A stretch of DNA of 64,000 nt, taken from positions 8,387,342 to 8,451,341 of the forward strand of contig JAHRHZ010000267.1 of assembly GCA_024137785.1 (NCBI GenBank). The letters are read 5' to 3'. Source of the stretch: Ginglymostoma cirratum (lineage: Eukaryota). The translations under genes were made by a program, and so were the position numbers. Positions 10,239 through 22,719 of this stretch are shown one piece after another (positions within the stretch are counted from its first letter, which is position 1; the number at the start of each line of letters is the position of its first letter). A model generated the notes under the pieces. It searched no databases. It was not told where the DNA came from and was given only the letters and a program-made list of their open reading frames with translations.

Positions 10239-12231
10239 CTAGCTCATCCCGTATGGGTTGACAGGCCCCATCGGACCTGCAAGCGTTTGTGGTGGGGCTG
10301 CCAGGGGTCCTTTGCGCATTGGTCCATTTTGGGACGGGGAGGTCCAATTCCAGTATGGGCAGTTCCTCCTAAAGTGACCTGGTTGATAACACCCCCAACA
10401 TATTATTTCTGACCCCCCTTGCACCTGCCCTCTTGTCATATTCCTTGATCCTCCACTCCTTTGTCCCTGTCCTTGGGGACCCCAAGTCTGTCTGGGCTGT
10501 TGTTTAATTTTATTTTTTCCAAGGTAGGGTACCTGTGGAAGGGTTCCCCCAACAATGTATATTGCTGGCATGGGGTTTTCCGGCCCTTGTCTGGCAGTGT
10601 TAATGAGTCCCCCTTGTGCTGGTATCTTTTCTTCGTCAGTGTTGCCCACTGCATTAGTCACTAGGGGCATCATCTTTTTGCCCTTCTCTTTCTCTTTTTC
10701 TTTTGTCTTAAGCTCTTCGAGCTTCATTTGTGACAGCTTTCTTTGTACCTCCTCTTGCTGCTTAGACAATTTCTTTTGATCTTTTCGATAATTTTCGACA
10801 ACATGGACTACATGATCGCTGAATTCCTGGTGGGCCCTTGACATTAGGCCCACCACTTCCTCCAGCTTTGTTCTGACTTGGGTGGGCAATGCCTCAATGA
10901 TAGCGGTTCTGAACATTGCAGTCAGCATTTGATTGCCCTCAATTTCTTGTTCTGTTTCCAGCCTCCATTTTCTCAGTTGCCTTTCTACATAGGCTGCTGG
11001 GTTTTCAGAGTCCCCCAGTGGTTTCCCCTTCAGAATCTTGGGGTCAAACTTGGGTGGGTAAAAGTCTCTCAGGGCCTGCCATACCCTGTGTCTGACTTGG
11101 TCAAATCCAGCCCCATCGACCATCGGATTGTCTGCCACATTCCTTAGACCAGCTTGGTCAAAAATTTCTTTTAATTTTGGGAGGTCCATTATCCTTACAA
11201 GCAATGCCTTCATATCACCCATAGCCAGCAATTTTCCTATGGTCTCATCCTCAAAAGCTCTAATCCATTTTCCTGCCCCTTCATGTAAACTGGGCAATGC
11301 AGTTTTTAGTCCTTCCAGATCCTGGGTCCCCCAAGGAATATACTGCGGTGGTCTTTCCCCTTTTATAAGTAGTGGCAACATTTTTCCCTGTTGAGATTTC
11401 TTTCTTTTAGTCTGTTTGTCACATTGTGATTCGGTTTCAGACTCTGATTCTGATTCTGTTTCTAATTCCTCCCATCCTTTTTTCTCTGGCTCTACTCTGA
11501 TCTCACCTCTAACCTGCTCTTCCACATTCCCTTTTTCTGTCACTTCCTTCTCACTTCGTTTTTTCTTAACTCTCCTTGTACGATTCAAATATTCCTCATA
11601 CTCCCTCTGTTCTCTTAATACACGTAGCACATCAATTTCATGTCTCAATTCTCGCTGTTTACTCTGTATATCCTCTATCTCCTGCTGCCTTGCCTTTTGC
11701 TCTATCTCCCTTTTTTCCCTTAACGCATTCTTTTCTCTTTCTTTTTTTCCCCCATTTCAACTCCCCTTCTATTTCTACAGTCCCTTTTATTGCTGGACAC
11801 TGTTTTGTGCTTTCGCCATCAGAGTAAGGAGGGGGTCTATCCACCTCTTCCAAATTTGGGTATAAGGACGGGCTCTTTCCCTGTCCTTTAGTTTCCACAG
11901 GCTGTTTAGTCTGCTCTTTGGCTGCACTCCTGGTTACAACTGGCGCTTGGTAAGCTCTTCTCAGCTTCACTCCTTCTTCCCTAAACAGCTTTAGCATTTC
12001 TGCCTCCTTTTCCCTTTTCTGACTCCTTTTCTTAGATTTATCTCTGGGTTTGTAATTTTTAATTAAGCATTCCATTTCCTCACACATATTTACATCAAAA
12101 GTTCCCTCTTTTGGCCATTTAGTTAGTAATTTGTCAGTTCTTTTTCCCCATTTTTCTGAAATTTTTACTATCTCATCCTTTGCCATTGGAAATTTTTTAC
12201 CCAGTATTTCAACTGCAGTCCGTTTGTCCAT
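10239..12231 (-). pseudogene. gag: ERV gag, one frameshift near 11745
   Basis: Start ACCATGG at 12231. Late-domain motifs LYPNL (11851-11865) and PPPY (11824-11835), a capsid-like region, and a single CCHC knuckle CWGCYQPGHFRRNC (10359-10400). Ends TAG 10239-10241. Frame change in a G5A7 run. Confidence 0.9.
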
Positions 12232-12699
12232 GGTCAAGTTCAGTCAAGAAAGTTATCAGTCAGTCCTACCTCTAATTCTACACACAAATCCAGACACACT
12301 GTTACTAAGATACGCTTTTCTTTACTCGTTTTGCCCGTGTAGTCCCCTACTTTTTCAGGGCAGTATCCACCTAACCCTGTAGAACTTGGTATTAGAAACA
12401 GTACTATTCTGCTTGTTCTGCCCGTACAGACCCCTATCATCCCAGGGCGGTATCCGCAGAACCTCACAAACACCACGTGGAATTTTAAGTCAACCAGTTG
12501 CTGTGTTCTATGCTTACATATCCCGTCCCCCACTGTGCAGTCTTCCTTGAACAGTTCTCTGCGTCTCCTTCAATTACAATTTACCACCCGCTACTTGGAT
12601 CTTTTTGGGCGGAGAGACCCTTTGGCAATTTTCCCGCACTTCTGAGTCCCCGAGGTCCCCCTTGACTTAACAGAATGCAGTCCGAATTAACAGCAAAAC

Positions 12700-12708
12700 G
12701 CTTACCTA
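12700..12708 (-). promoter_or_regulatory. Putative major splice donor of the ERV
   Basis: TAG|GTAAGC about 105 nt downstream of the PBS in the leader. Confidence 0.6.
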
Positions 12709-12811
12709 TTTTGGTTGGGTGCACCCTTATTCTGTCAGTCACGGGAGAGTCCCCAGTGGACCGGGAAGCGCCTTGTGGCTGCCGCCCCTGTCGGGGTGGG
12801 TCCCTTCACGC

Positions 12812-12829
12812 ACCCTGCTTGCTGCGCCA
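12812..12829 (-). promoter_or_regulatory. Primer binding site, tRNA-Ser(UGA)-type
   Basis: TGGCGCAGCAAGCAGGGT, 4 nt after the LTR; 17/18 match to the complement of the vertebrate tRNA-Ser 3' end (TGGCGCAGCGAGCAGGGT). Confidence 0.85.
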
Positions 12830-12833
12830 AATT

Positions 12834-13278
12834 TGTCGTGGAGAATCACCAGGAGACGTAGAGGAGTCTTCAAGAACGTAAACTTTTATTTGCAAACAAA
12901 AGCTGTGACAATCAGAAAGTAGCTTTCAGATCGCCCGCGCCCCTCAGGGCCTGTTCTTCTTTATGCCTTTTCTCAATTATCATGTTTTTCTAAAGTTATC
13001 AGTATGACCAATTATGTTAGCCTTTGTTATCTCTTCAAGGCTGCTCATCTTCTGCTTCACTTGTTAGCCACAGTGGTTTTCTACCCTAAGATATTGTGCT
13101 TTTTCGATTATTACATTCATGATTAACTTCTGCCATTATGTTTTCCTAGGACACTCCATCTATTTTATAAATTACCTTTCTACACTCTATATTCTGTGTA
13201 TTATCTTTCTATGTATTACTTCATCTACTTTGCGTCCTCCGTATATACTACATATGCACCATTTTATTTTCCATACCA
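12834..13278 (-). repeat. ERV 5' LTR (about 445 bp)
   Basis: Ends ...CACGACA just before the PBS. AATAAA at 12885-12890 (minus) and TATA-like CATAAAG near 12959-12965. 12968-13277 matches 3861-4170. Confidence 0.92.
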
Positions 13279-14047
13279 CCTCCAACTCTGTACCTCTGCT
13301 GCCATCATACAAGACTTGTAATCGGCTCAAGTTCTATCTCAAAAGACAGAAAGTAGAATAGGTTTACCAAATAGGGAGAAGAGACAGAAGAAATTGGGAA
13401 AACCGTAGCTGCTGTTTATAGGATGACGTGATGCCGATGAGTATAATGCACACAGGTCATGTGTTCTCAGAGGTTTGTTCACTAAACTCTCTTTCTCTGT
13501 GAGTTTTGTTAACAATGAGTGGAAGTTCTTCAACACTGAGCCTTCATTGGAAATATGTTGAAATCCTGAACTACTTTTGTCGATGTTCTTGCTTATCCTG
13601 AAACCTTCTGTGATAATCAACATTTATTGAAGTCATACTTAATATCTGAATGCAATATTAATTGTAACAAGCGGTTCAGAATCCATAAAATTGACCATTG
13701 CAGAGTGATCACCAGAGCTGGACTGCAGTGTGAGTCGAGTGTACAGGCGATACCTCTGTGTTCTCACCAATCTGTAACCTTGCCCATGCAAAGGGATTGG
13801 ACTGATTCAGACAGATTGAAACAATGACCTTGATTATATCGCTAGAAATTGCAACATGAGAATTTGAAAAAAAAAACTGGAAATAAAAAGTTGGCATCAC
13901 TAGTTTTCTCTTAGCAAATCTGCCATGTAAAGACACCCATTAACCTCCACAGCTAAAATTAGCAGTTAATGCCTGCCTCCTAATAATATGTATATGCTAC
14001 AAATATTAAGTAAATTATCCTTTAAAAACATGTTCCATAATTTCCAG

Positions 14048-14186
14048 ATCCACTCTGCAATCTCACTCTGGGCGATGGATATTTTGAAATCGTTAATACA
14101 ACATGGCTGCAGGCAAACAATGAAACTTGTCCGAATGGATCAGAAATCTCTGTTCCTCACCAGGGCCCGAGTGAGCAATACTGGGA
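14048..14186 (+). CDS. SLC6A14: SLC6A14-like copy A exon 5 (EL2)
   Basis: ttccag|AT...TGGGA|gtaagt, 139 bp; DPLCNLTLGDGYFEIVNTTWLQANNETCPNGSEISVPHQGPSEQYWD, with four N-glycosylation sequons. Confidence 0.88.
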
Positions 14187-14930
14187 GTAAGTACATTGCA
14201 AGTAGCTGTACCTATAACTTGCACAGCTGGGCCAGTAACTCCTCTTGGAATAGTTAGTTAGTAAATATCCTGTTCAATGAGAGAGCAGCTGTTTGATTTC
14301 AATAGAGGCATTGCATTATTCTCCTCTAACATAATAACATCACAACAGGGGCTCCTTCTTTAGTTTGTATTTCCCTCGTTTCTAAAATTGTAGTTTTTCT
14401 TTAACATTATCTAAACAGTGTATAAGTTATTGAACAAATATTTAGTTTCTTATTTATTCAAGTTTCTGTGACTGATCTCCCTTTCTCTGTATTTTCAATT
14501 GAATACCGTATTGTGTTTAACACATGGCCCTGGGAAATGAATTAGGGAAACTGTTTGGGAGTAACGCCATGTTAAATGATATGAAATGGACTGTATTCAC
14601 TGGGAGACTCAGTGACTAACCCAGGTAGCTTTAACAGTGCAATGTAAGCCTGTCAGTGAAGCACTGTCAGGAACTCCTTCAAATTGAATCAGCTCTCAAG
14701 GAATCACATCTGCACTGACTGTTTAATAAAGCTTGATATTTAATTATAAAAATGAATAGACTGAGAGACAATATTTGAAACAATACCAAATTTAGTCTCT
14801 AATTTTAGTCCAACCATTGGACACTGGAATGAGGTTTTACAAGGATGTTAATAACAACTACCTACATTTATGTAACAAGGTGTAAAGCTGGAGGAACGCA
14901 GCAGGCCAGGCAGCATCAGAGGAGCAGGAA

Positions 14931-14966
14931 AGCTGACGTTTCGGGCCTGGACCCTTCTTCAGAAAA
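14931..14966 (-). ncRNA. Minimal hammerhead ribozyme motif in a Penelope-like repeat
   Basis: Minus strand CUGAAGA-A-GGGUCCAGGCCC-GAAACGUC. Confidence 0.55.
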
Positions 14967-15317
14967 TTCTTACATTTATATTGTGGCTTTGCATTTTCAA
15001 CATTAGGAGCAAAACCAAAATATGTTACAAGAACAGAAAGAATTGGTACAGGCTCCTTGAGCCTGGCTTCCAGGCTCCACAACCTGACTCTACCAAAGGG
15101 CAATGTCTCAGGAGGTGAAATGATGAATGAATGTGAGGTTTTATTTGAGGAGGTAGCTGGAAGGGAGGATGCTGTGATAGCCCAGAAGGAACCTAGCAGA
15201 CATCAAGAATACATGGTTCTGGTCAGATAAGTTAGGGAGTAACATGAATACCTCAATGCCACACACTCCTGGGGAACTGAGCCACACTGACACATTTCTT
15301 TGACTGTCCTGTTTGTT

Positions 15318-15636
15318 ATCATAGAATCCCTACAGTGTGGGAACAGGCCCTTTGGCCGAACAAGTCCACAATGACCCTCAGAGCATCCCACCCAGACCCA
15401 TCCCCCTACGACCCACCTAGGCTACACATCCCTGAACACTACAGGCAACTTAGCATGGCCAATCTACCTAACCTGCACATCTTTGGATTTTGGGAGGAAA
15501 CTGGAACACCCAGAGGAAACCCACGCAGACACAGAGAGAACGTGCAAACTCCACACAGATAGTCGCCCGAGGGTAGAATTGAACCCGGGTCCCTGGCACT
15601 GTGAGGCAGCAGTGCTAACCACTGAGCCACCATGCC
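15318..15636 (-). mobile_element. HE1-type tRNA-derived SINE (V-SINE)
   Basis: GGCATGGTGGCTCAGTGGTTAGCACTGCTGCCTCACAG...GGGTTCAATTC (A and B boxes), V-domain TGTGTGGAGTTTGCACGTTCTC, CR1-like tail. Confidence 0.88.
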
Positions 15637-17814
15637 TCCCTTATGGACCAGCCTGCTGTGGGTTGGGGGGGCACTGGGCCCTCGACTTAACTTAGTCTCA
15701 TTGATGGAGAGGCAACTCATTTTTACCTCCGAAATCGTCTTCTGATTTAGCTTTGTATAGTCAGCAAACGTAAGTGATTTGTGGTGCCTTTGTCTGTGAA
15801 TATAGATTGTAAATTGCTGAGGTCCCTGCATTGATCTTTGCCAGACCTCACTAGTTGAAACCTGCCAGTTTAAAAGCCTTGCTCTCTGCTTCCTGTCTGT
15901 CTCAATCAATCCTCCACATTCACATTCAAATAAGTTGCTGTCTTCAATGATTAATGCAAATGAACTACCAGCAACTTTCAATCATGTATACTCTTTCTAG
16001 CTGGGCCATTATATCGATATTACCATCGCTCATCATTTCTGCCAAAATGCATCTCCTCATACGTCTTTGGATGAAATCCCATTTGCCCGTTTGCCCAGCC
16101 TATCCATCGCACAGAAGTCAAATGTCTCTTCTTTAAAGGTCTCCTTTTGAGATTTTCTCGAGGGCTACATCTCGATTTTTTGAGGCTTCTTTTTGGTTCT
16201 CAGGGGCTCCTTTTCCATTCTCACTCACACCTTCATTAGGTGTTGCGGTCATGTGGTAACATTATCTTCTGTACTTGTGTTGACAAGTGCAGTATTTGAC
16301 CTCACTCAGAAGCAGAATTTGAAGAATTCATCAAATCCTCAAGAGTGACGATCCCTCCTTTAAACATAAAGATGTCACATACAAGGTAAGCATTAGCATT
16401 GTTGGCACAAATTTAAATCGGTATAAGGTAATAGGCAGAAGTTAGAAACAAAAGCATTTTTTTCCCAAAATAACAGATAAACACTGCAACACAGAAAATT
16501 ACTATTCCAAACATACTCTCCACACTGGTGACGTCACAGCTAATACGGTTTCATTGCATATGCTTGAAGTTGGACGATTTTAACCAGGCAGTTATTATCT
16601 TTATTTATTATATCTTATTTCAATTTCAAATTTAAATTTAACAATTTATCTAGCACTGATTTTAATCAGGCATTAATTGCTATTTGCGTATAAGAGTTCT
16701 AAACTTCTTCCAGCCATCTTGTAGAAATGTTTCCTAAATTCACTCCTGAAGGTCCACTGGATTTAATTTTCAGATTATGCTCCTCTGCCCTAGACTCCAT
16801 TAAATTAATTGTTAGCTGACTCAATTCATTCTTATTCCAGTATAATATCAAATCGTACTTCTAAGTATTTCCTTCGCTGACCAACACTGTGAAATCTTGA
16901 AGTCATGAAAAGTACTATTAAAAATGCAGTTGTTTATTGTTGTTTGGGCCCTTGTTGGATGCAAAAACATTGCAGGTTTATCTCTAACACAGTCCTTGCA
17001 TCTCTGGTATTCATGGTATGCAAAATGTTTTGAGAGATGGTAGCACAAATGTGAAACTTGTTCTTATGAAGTAGATCTATTCAGTATTAAATTATCCAAA
17101 TAATACAGTGCGCATTAGAATACCATCCACTGCTTTCTTCTTCATACTGTAGCTCTTAAATTTACACAGCCTTAAGCCAAAGACTCCACATCCACTTTCA
17201 AGGAATTTATTGTCTCAGAGACTTCAAGTTTTTTTTGACCACTATTAAGTTTAGCTGACAAGGTTAAAGCCACGCTTTTTGCTTCATAACCTCTCCCCTT
17301 CCTCACCTTCTCCATCTCTAGTCCCATCATTGCAGTCTTTCTCTTTCAGCAACCACTCCTCCTCTAATAGCCTCTACTGCCAGCAACCATTGTCTCCCTT
17401 GCAGCCCTTCCACACAGCAACATCTCCTCACGGCAGGCTTGTTCCCATCAGTCTTTCTTCACTGTATCTCTTCTGTGGTAGCCTCTGTCCCCAGAAGAAC
17501 CTCTTGCCCACAGCCTCTCACACTGCCACAGGTATGGTGCTTAGGCTGATGACCTTCCCAGCATTCACTTTTCCACTGCTTATTGCTCCTGCAATCACAG
17601 GCTGTTTCTCTCCCGCGTTTCTGCACCAGTCAGCCAATCAGCAGCAAATGCACCCTTAACATCAACTTCCCCGCTCCTCTGGTGCTGCCTGGCCTGCTGT
17701 GTTCCTCCGGCTCCACACCTTTGATGTCACAGGAGAGAAACAGCCCGTGATTGGAGAGCACCCCCTCCCAGATTCTGTTGTTTCCATGTACAGCGCTTCT
17801 TTTCTATTATTATA

Positions 17815-18170
17815 CAATCATACAGCACGGAAATGGCCCAACCATGCCGACTATAATCCCAAACTAAACTGGTCCCTCCTGCCTGCGGTTGGCCCATATC
17901 CCTCCAAACATTTCTTACTCATGTCCTCATCTAAATGTCTTTTAAAACTTGTAACTGTATCTGCATCCATCACTTTCTCAGGCAGTTCACTCCACACACG
18001 AACCATTTTCTGCATTAAGAAAAATTGCCCCCATGTCTTTTTTAAGTCTTTCTCCTCTCACCTTAAAAATATGCCCCCTATTCTTGAAATACTCCATCCT
18101 AGGGAAAAGCCGACTGCCATTCATCTTATCTACACCTCTCATGATTTTTTAAACCTCTATAAAGTCACCT
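17815..18170 (-). mobile_element. CR1/HER1 LINE 3' fragment
   Basis: Near copy of 3110-3545. Confidence 0.8.
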
Positions 18171-18297
18171 CTCTATTTCATTGGTCACTCCCACAATTGA
18201 ATTTTCCAGGGCCTTTTGGCCCATTCGGTATGATGTTGCACATTAAATCTGTGCATTTTGAACTCTTCCTTGTAAAGCTGCAGGTAATATGTACCAT

Positions 18298-18410
18298 TGA
18301 GGTTGTAGACATGCTCGCCAAGCCGATGGGTTCAGTTGCAGATGGTAGCTCGCAGATGGGAAACAAACGCAACTAAACCTACCAGCTTGGCGAGCATGTC
18401 TACAACCTCA
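18298..18410. repeat. Inverted repeat (26-bp perfect arms), probably from a Penelope-like terminal repeat
   Basis: tgaggttgtagacatgctcgccaagc (18298-18323) is the exact reverse complement of 18385-18410. Confidence 0.8.
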
Positions 18411-19924
18411 TCCACAACCTGAACTTCAAATCTTCTCGAAAACTTTAAATTTGTCCTACTGTCATTGGTCACCAGCCCTCAAAGTCTGGTTTCATTCACA
18501 AAATAGAAATTCCACTCTGTATTCCAAGGTCAAACTATTTAGAGAGGAAACAAATAAAACAATGAATCTAGCACTGACCCTTGGGGAACACCACTGCATG
18601 TTATTCTTTGACATATAACCAATTGCCACCGTTCGCTCTTTTCTGCATTTCAACCATTTTTTAAATCCAAATTGGACAATAATCCTCTGATTCCATGAGC
18701 TTCAGTTTTGTTAAATAGTTTTTTATTTATGTGTCAAGTACATTTTTAGAATCGAGATAGACAACACACATTGGATTTCCTTCATCAAGATTATCCATTA
18801 TTTCATTAAAAATTATCAATGTATTTGGTCAGGTTTCACCTGCCTTTTAAAATCATACTGTCTACTCTCCATCCATGATAATATGTCACCCTAAACTCCG
18901 AGAACACTTCACTTGTACGCTAATCTTTTCTGTGGCATAACTGAATACATCTGAAAATCCAGGAGAACCATACAGAGTGATTTTTTTATTATCTACTTAC
19001 TTTTTGCATCCTCAACAGAGTCTAATAAATTAATCGAATATGATTTCCATTTAGTAAAATCATGCTGGTTTTTCCTGATTGTACGATAGTTTTGTAATGC
19101 ATTGTTAAGTTTTCCTTAAAATACATTAAAACATTTTTCCATCGATTGACAGTTGGCCAGTCCCTATTTTCTCTTTCCCTTCTTTCTTTGAAAATAATGT
19201 TACATTTGCTAATTTCAAATTCACTCATGGCATTCTAAACTATAGGGGATTCTGAAAAATATTCACTAGTTGGTCCATTATCTCTTCTCAGAGTAGGATG
19301 TACTCCTTTGGGACCTGGGGATTTATTAGTTTTTCATCACTTAGATTCCTCCAGTAATTTTTCCCTGCTGATATTAGTTACCTTAAGTTATTCATTATTA
19401 TTAGTTATTTGGCTATTATCTATTTCTGGCCTTGATGTGATATACTGGTGATCTGCAAATATCACACTATGATATTTATGTTAGCTCCTGCAACACTTGT
19501 ACTTTACGTGGGCAATGTGGCTTTAAAGAATTCAATGGACTTTTATTGTAGCTCCTTGTATTTACATATACCCAGCACAATCACTGGCACTTGTGTGTTT
19601 GGACTCAAGCTAAGCAATTTAACTGTAATGTGCTTCTCTCAGCATGTCATGCTGAAAGAGGACAAAACTCAGTAAGAAGGAGACTGAGAACTTTATACCA
19701 TTCAGTCACATGCCATGATATATTGCTGCCATCACGACCATGTTCCTTAATGATATATCACACAGTTATGTTGAGATATAACGCAACGCAGCCCTTTTTC
19801 CAAAGGAAATAAATCTCAGAGATATATATTGTTTCATACAGGTATTTGTTGTCAATTCAATAATTATAGGAATACTTAGAAACAGTGTTAACAACATTAA
19901 TAATTCAAACTTCCACATAATTTA

Positions 19925-21270
19925 GAAGTTATAGAGCTGTACAGCATAGAAAAAGACCCTTTGGCCCAACTCGTCCATGCTAAATTAACATATACTAAAT
20001 TAATCTAGTCCCATTTGGCAACATTTGGCTCATATCCCTCTAAACCCTTCCTATTTAAATACCCATCCAGATGCCTTTTAAAGCCTCCATGACTTCCTCT
20101 GGCAGCTCATTCCATACACGCAACACCCTCTGCATGAAAAAGTTGCCCCTCAGGTCCCTTTTAAATCTTTCCCCTCTCACCTTAAACCTATGTCTTCTAG
20201 GTTTGGACTCCTCCACCCCAGGGAAAAGACCTTGGTTATTCACCATATCTATGCCCCTTATGATTATATAAACCTCTATAAGTTCACCCCTCAGCCTCCG
20301 ATGCTCCAGGGAATTTAGCCCCAGCCAATTCAGCCTCTCCTGATAACTCAAACCCTCCAAATGTGGCAACATCCTTGTAAATCTTATCTGAATCATTTCA
20401 AGTTTCACAATATCCTTCCTATAGCAAGGAGACCAAAATTGAATGCAGTATTCCAAAAGTGGCCTAACCAATGTCCTGTACAGCCGCAACATGCAACCCA
20501 ATTTGTATACTCAATGCACTGACCAGTAAAGGCAAGCATACCAAATGCCTTCTACCTGGGACTCCACTTTAAAGGAACTATGAGCCTGCACTCCAAAGTC
20601 ACTTTGTTCAGCAACACTCCCCAGGACCTTACCATTAAGTGTATAAGTCCTGCCCTGATTTGCCTTTCCAAAATGCAGCACCTCACATTTATCTAAATTA
20701 AACTACATCTGCTACTCCTTGGCCCATTGGCCCGTCTGATCATGGTCCCATTGTACTCTGAGATTAACTTCTTCATTGCCCATTACACCTCTAATTTTGG
20801 TGTCATCTGCAAACTTACTCACCATAACTCCTACATTCACATCCAAAGCATTTATATAAATGATGAAAAGCAGTGAACCCAGCAACAATCCTTGTGGCAC
20901 ACCGCTGGTCACAGGCCTCCAGTCAGAAAAGCAACCATCCACCAACATCCTCTGCCTCCTACCTTTGTGCCAGTTCTATATCCAAATGACTAGTTCTCCC
21001 TGCAGTCCATGTGATCTAACCTTGCTAACCAGTCTACCATGAAGAACCTTGTTGAATGCCTTACTGAAGTCCGTATAGATTATGTCCACTGCTCTGCCCT
21101 CATCAGTCCCCTTCGTCACTATCTGAAAAAAACTCAATCAAGTTAGTGAGACATGATTTCCCATGCACAAAGCCTCGTTGACTATTTCGAATCAGTCCTT
21201 GCCTTTCCAAATACATTTAAATCCTGTCCCTAAGGATCCCCTTCAACAAGTTGCCCACCAGTGATGTCAG
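19925..21270 (-). mobile_element. CR1/HER1 LINE, RT and C-terminal part
   Basis: VTSGVPQG, SKFADDTK, LYRTLVRPLLEYCIQFWSP, WNELPEEV. Confidence 0.92.
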
Positions 21271-21279
21271 GCTCAGCTG

Positions 21280-22120
21280 ACATCTCATCCTGACCTGGTG
21301 ATCATATATCTGTCTGCTGAGATATAATTGCTCTCAGCTGACAATCGGATTGTCTTGCAGCTAGTTGCTGTCACTCAGCATCATTGAACAATCATAGTCC
21401 TTCTTTTGCCACTACCCAGGTATCTGTTGCTGCATTTCTGACTTGCACTCACTGTTCTGGATTGTAGTTAGGGTCGTCCTTGACCTGCTGGCTGGTCATG
21501 CTTCTCTTTGATTCTACTTTGATATTGAAGAAGAACATCTTGAATCTCAAAATGTTTGCTAGGCAAGATTGTTAACACTTGCCTTTCAAATGGAAGTTGT
21601 ACAGAGGATGGATGTCATTCTCCATTGGTGTTGCGCGAAAATGTAGCAGTGCAACGTGAACATCTTGTTTTGATGCTCAACACTCGATGAGCATGGATTT
21701 GATGGTATGCACCATATGTAATGCTACATGGTTTCAGCATGGATAGTGGGGAGACACTGTGACATGAGTCTCTCCTTCTTTAGCAGATATGTCTTTGAAT
21801 GGTTTCCCAGGGAACTGTGATCCATTGTCAGATACTATCCACTCCAATATGCCAAACAAACTGAAAACGGCAGGCATTATTTCAGTGATTGTATTAACAA
21901 CTCATCAAACAAGAAATTTGGAGAAGTTATCAGTCACAAGGATGTAAACTTCCCAGTGTACTGTAAATAAGTCAGTTGTTATTTTTCTTCAAGGAGTGAA
22001 AGAACATTGTGTAGCTATAAAGGTTCCCTGCATTGCTGGGGTTGGTTAGTTTTGCCTTTGGCACATATCTCCATGAGTTGCTGGATATCCTTATTCATCC
22101 CAGGCCAGTATCTATTTTAT
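21280..22120 (-). mobile_element. Degenerate Ty3/Gypsy integrase fragment
   Basis: Minus-strand YWPGMNKDIQQLMEIC, TDLFTV...YILVTDNFSKF, IVSDNGSQF. Confidence 0.75.
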
Positions 22121-22586
22121 TTAGGAGTGAGGGCAAAGGTGAGGTGGTTGAGTTCAGGTCCCAGATCAGCTACAATCTCATTCAATGACAGGGCAGGCTG
22201 AAGGGCATATATAGCCTCCCTCTGTTCCTGCATCTCTGTGTATGGTCAGGAAGTCAATGAAGAGGTTAAATAGTCTCCTTCTGTTCCTGTGTTCCTATGC
22301 ATGCTAAGGCAGTCAGCAAATCATTGTTGTGAATGTCTTCAAATCAAATTTGAACCTCAGGAAATTTCATCAATGCTCACAGTGTAAAAAAAAGCCTTGA
22401 AGGGCCCTTGTGGTACAGGCGTAGTCAGGAGTTCTGAGTTCAAGCCCCACCTTCTTCAGAGATATGTAATAACATCTTTGAATAGGTTAATTGCGAAATA
22501 TCTATATAAAATCAGTTAATGTTAGAAAACTTCTGTGCGCAATGAACTTTGACCTTATTCAAATTGATTTCTGTCATTTTGTTCAG

Positions 22587-22719
22587 TAAAGTAGTTTTAC
22601 TCTGTACACCTTCAATGGATGAGACTGGGGACACAGTCTGGCATTTACCTCTCTGTCTGCTTCTGGCCTGGCTGATGGTTGGAGCAGTGTTATTTAGAGG
22701 AATCAAATCGTCAGGAAAG
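22587..22719 (+). CDS. SLC6A14: SLC6A14-like copy A exon 6
   Basis: gttcag|T...GGAAAG|gtaaat, 133 bp; KVVLLCTPSMDETGDTVWHLPLCLLLAWLMVGAVLFRGIKSSGK. Confidence 0.93.

Larger units (their letters stand above)
3824..13278 (-). mobile_element. Endogenous retrovirus (class I, epsilon-related fish-ERV type), near full length, antisense within intron 4 of copy A
   Basis: LTR-PBS-leader-gag-pro-2H-RT-RH-IN-env-PPT-LTR order on the minus strand; the two LTR copies share about 310 bp at offset 9107. Confidence 0.96.

Noticed and set aside
11735-11760. GGGGGAAAAAAA as a programmed -1 slippery site within gag
   Set aside because: Joining the two gag frames needs a +1 shift and the heptamer is not phased for the upstream frame; a homopolymer indel is simpler.
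10436-11865. Multiple + strand ORFs opposite gag as antisense accessory genes
   Set aside because: Ser/Phe/Leu-rich shadows of a purine-rich coding strand, mostly with non-ATG starts.
15560-15636. tRNA gene (A/B boxes), also near 39180, 46950, 48470 and 61850
   Set aside because: These are SINE heads followed by SINE bodies; there is no complete cloverleaf.
17279-18376. Long ORFs 17279-17659 and 17699-18376
   Set aside because: Chimeric readings across low-complexity DNA and PLE and antisense CR1 fragments; no protein motif.
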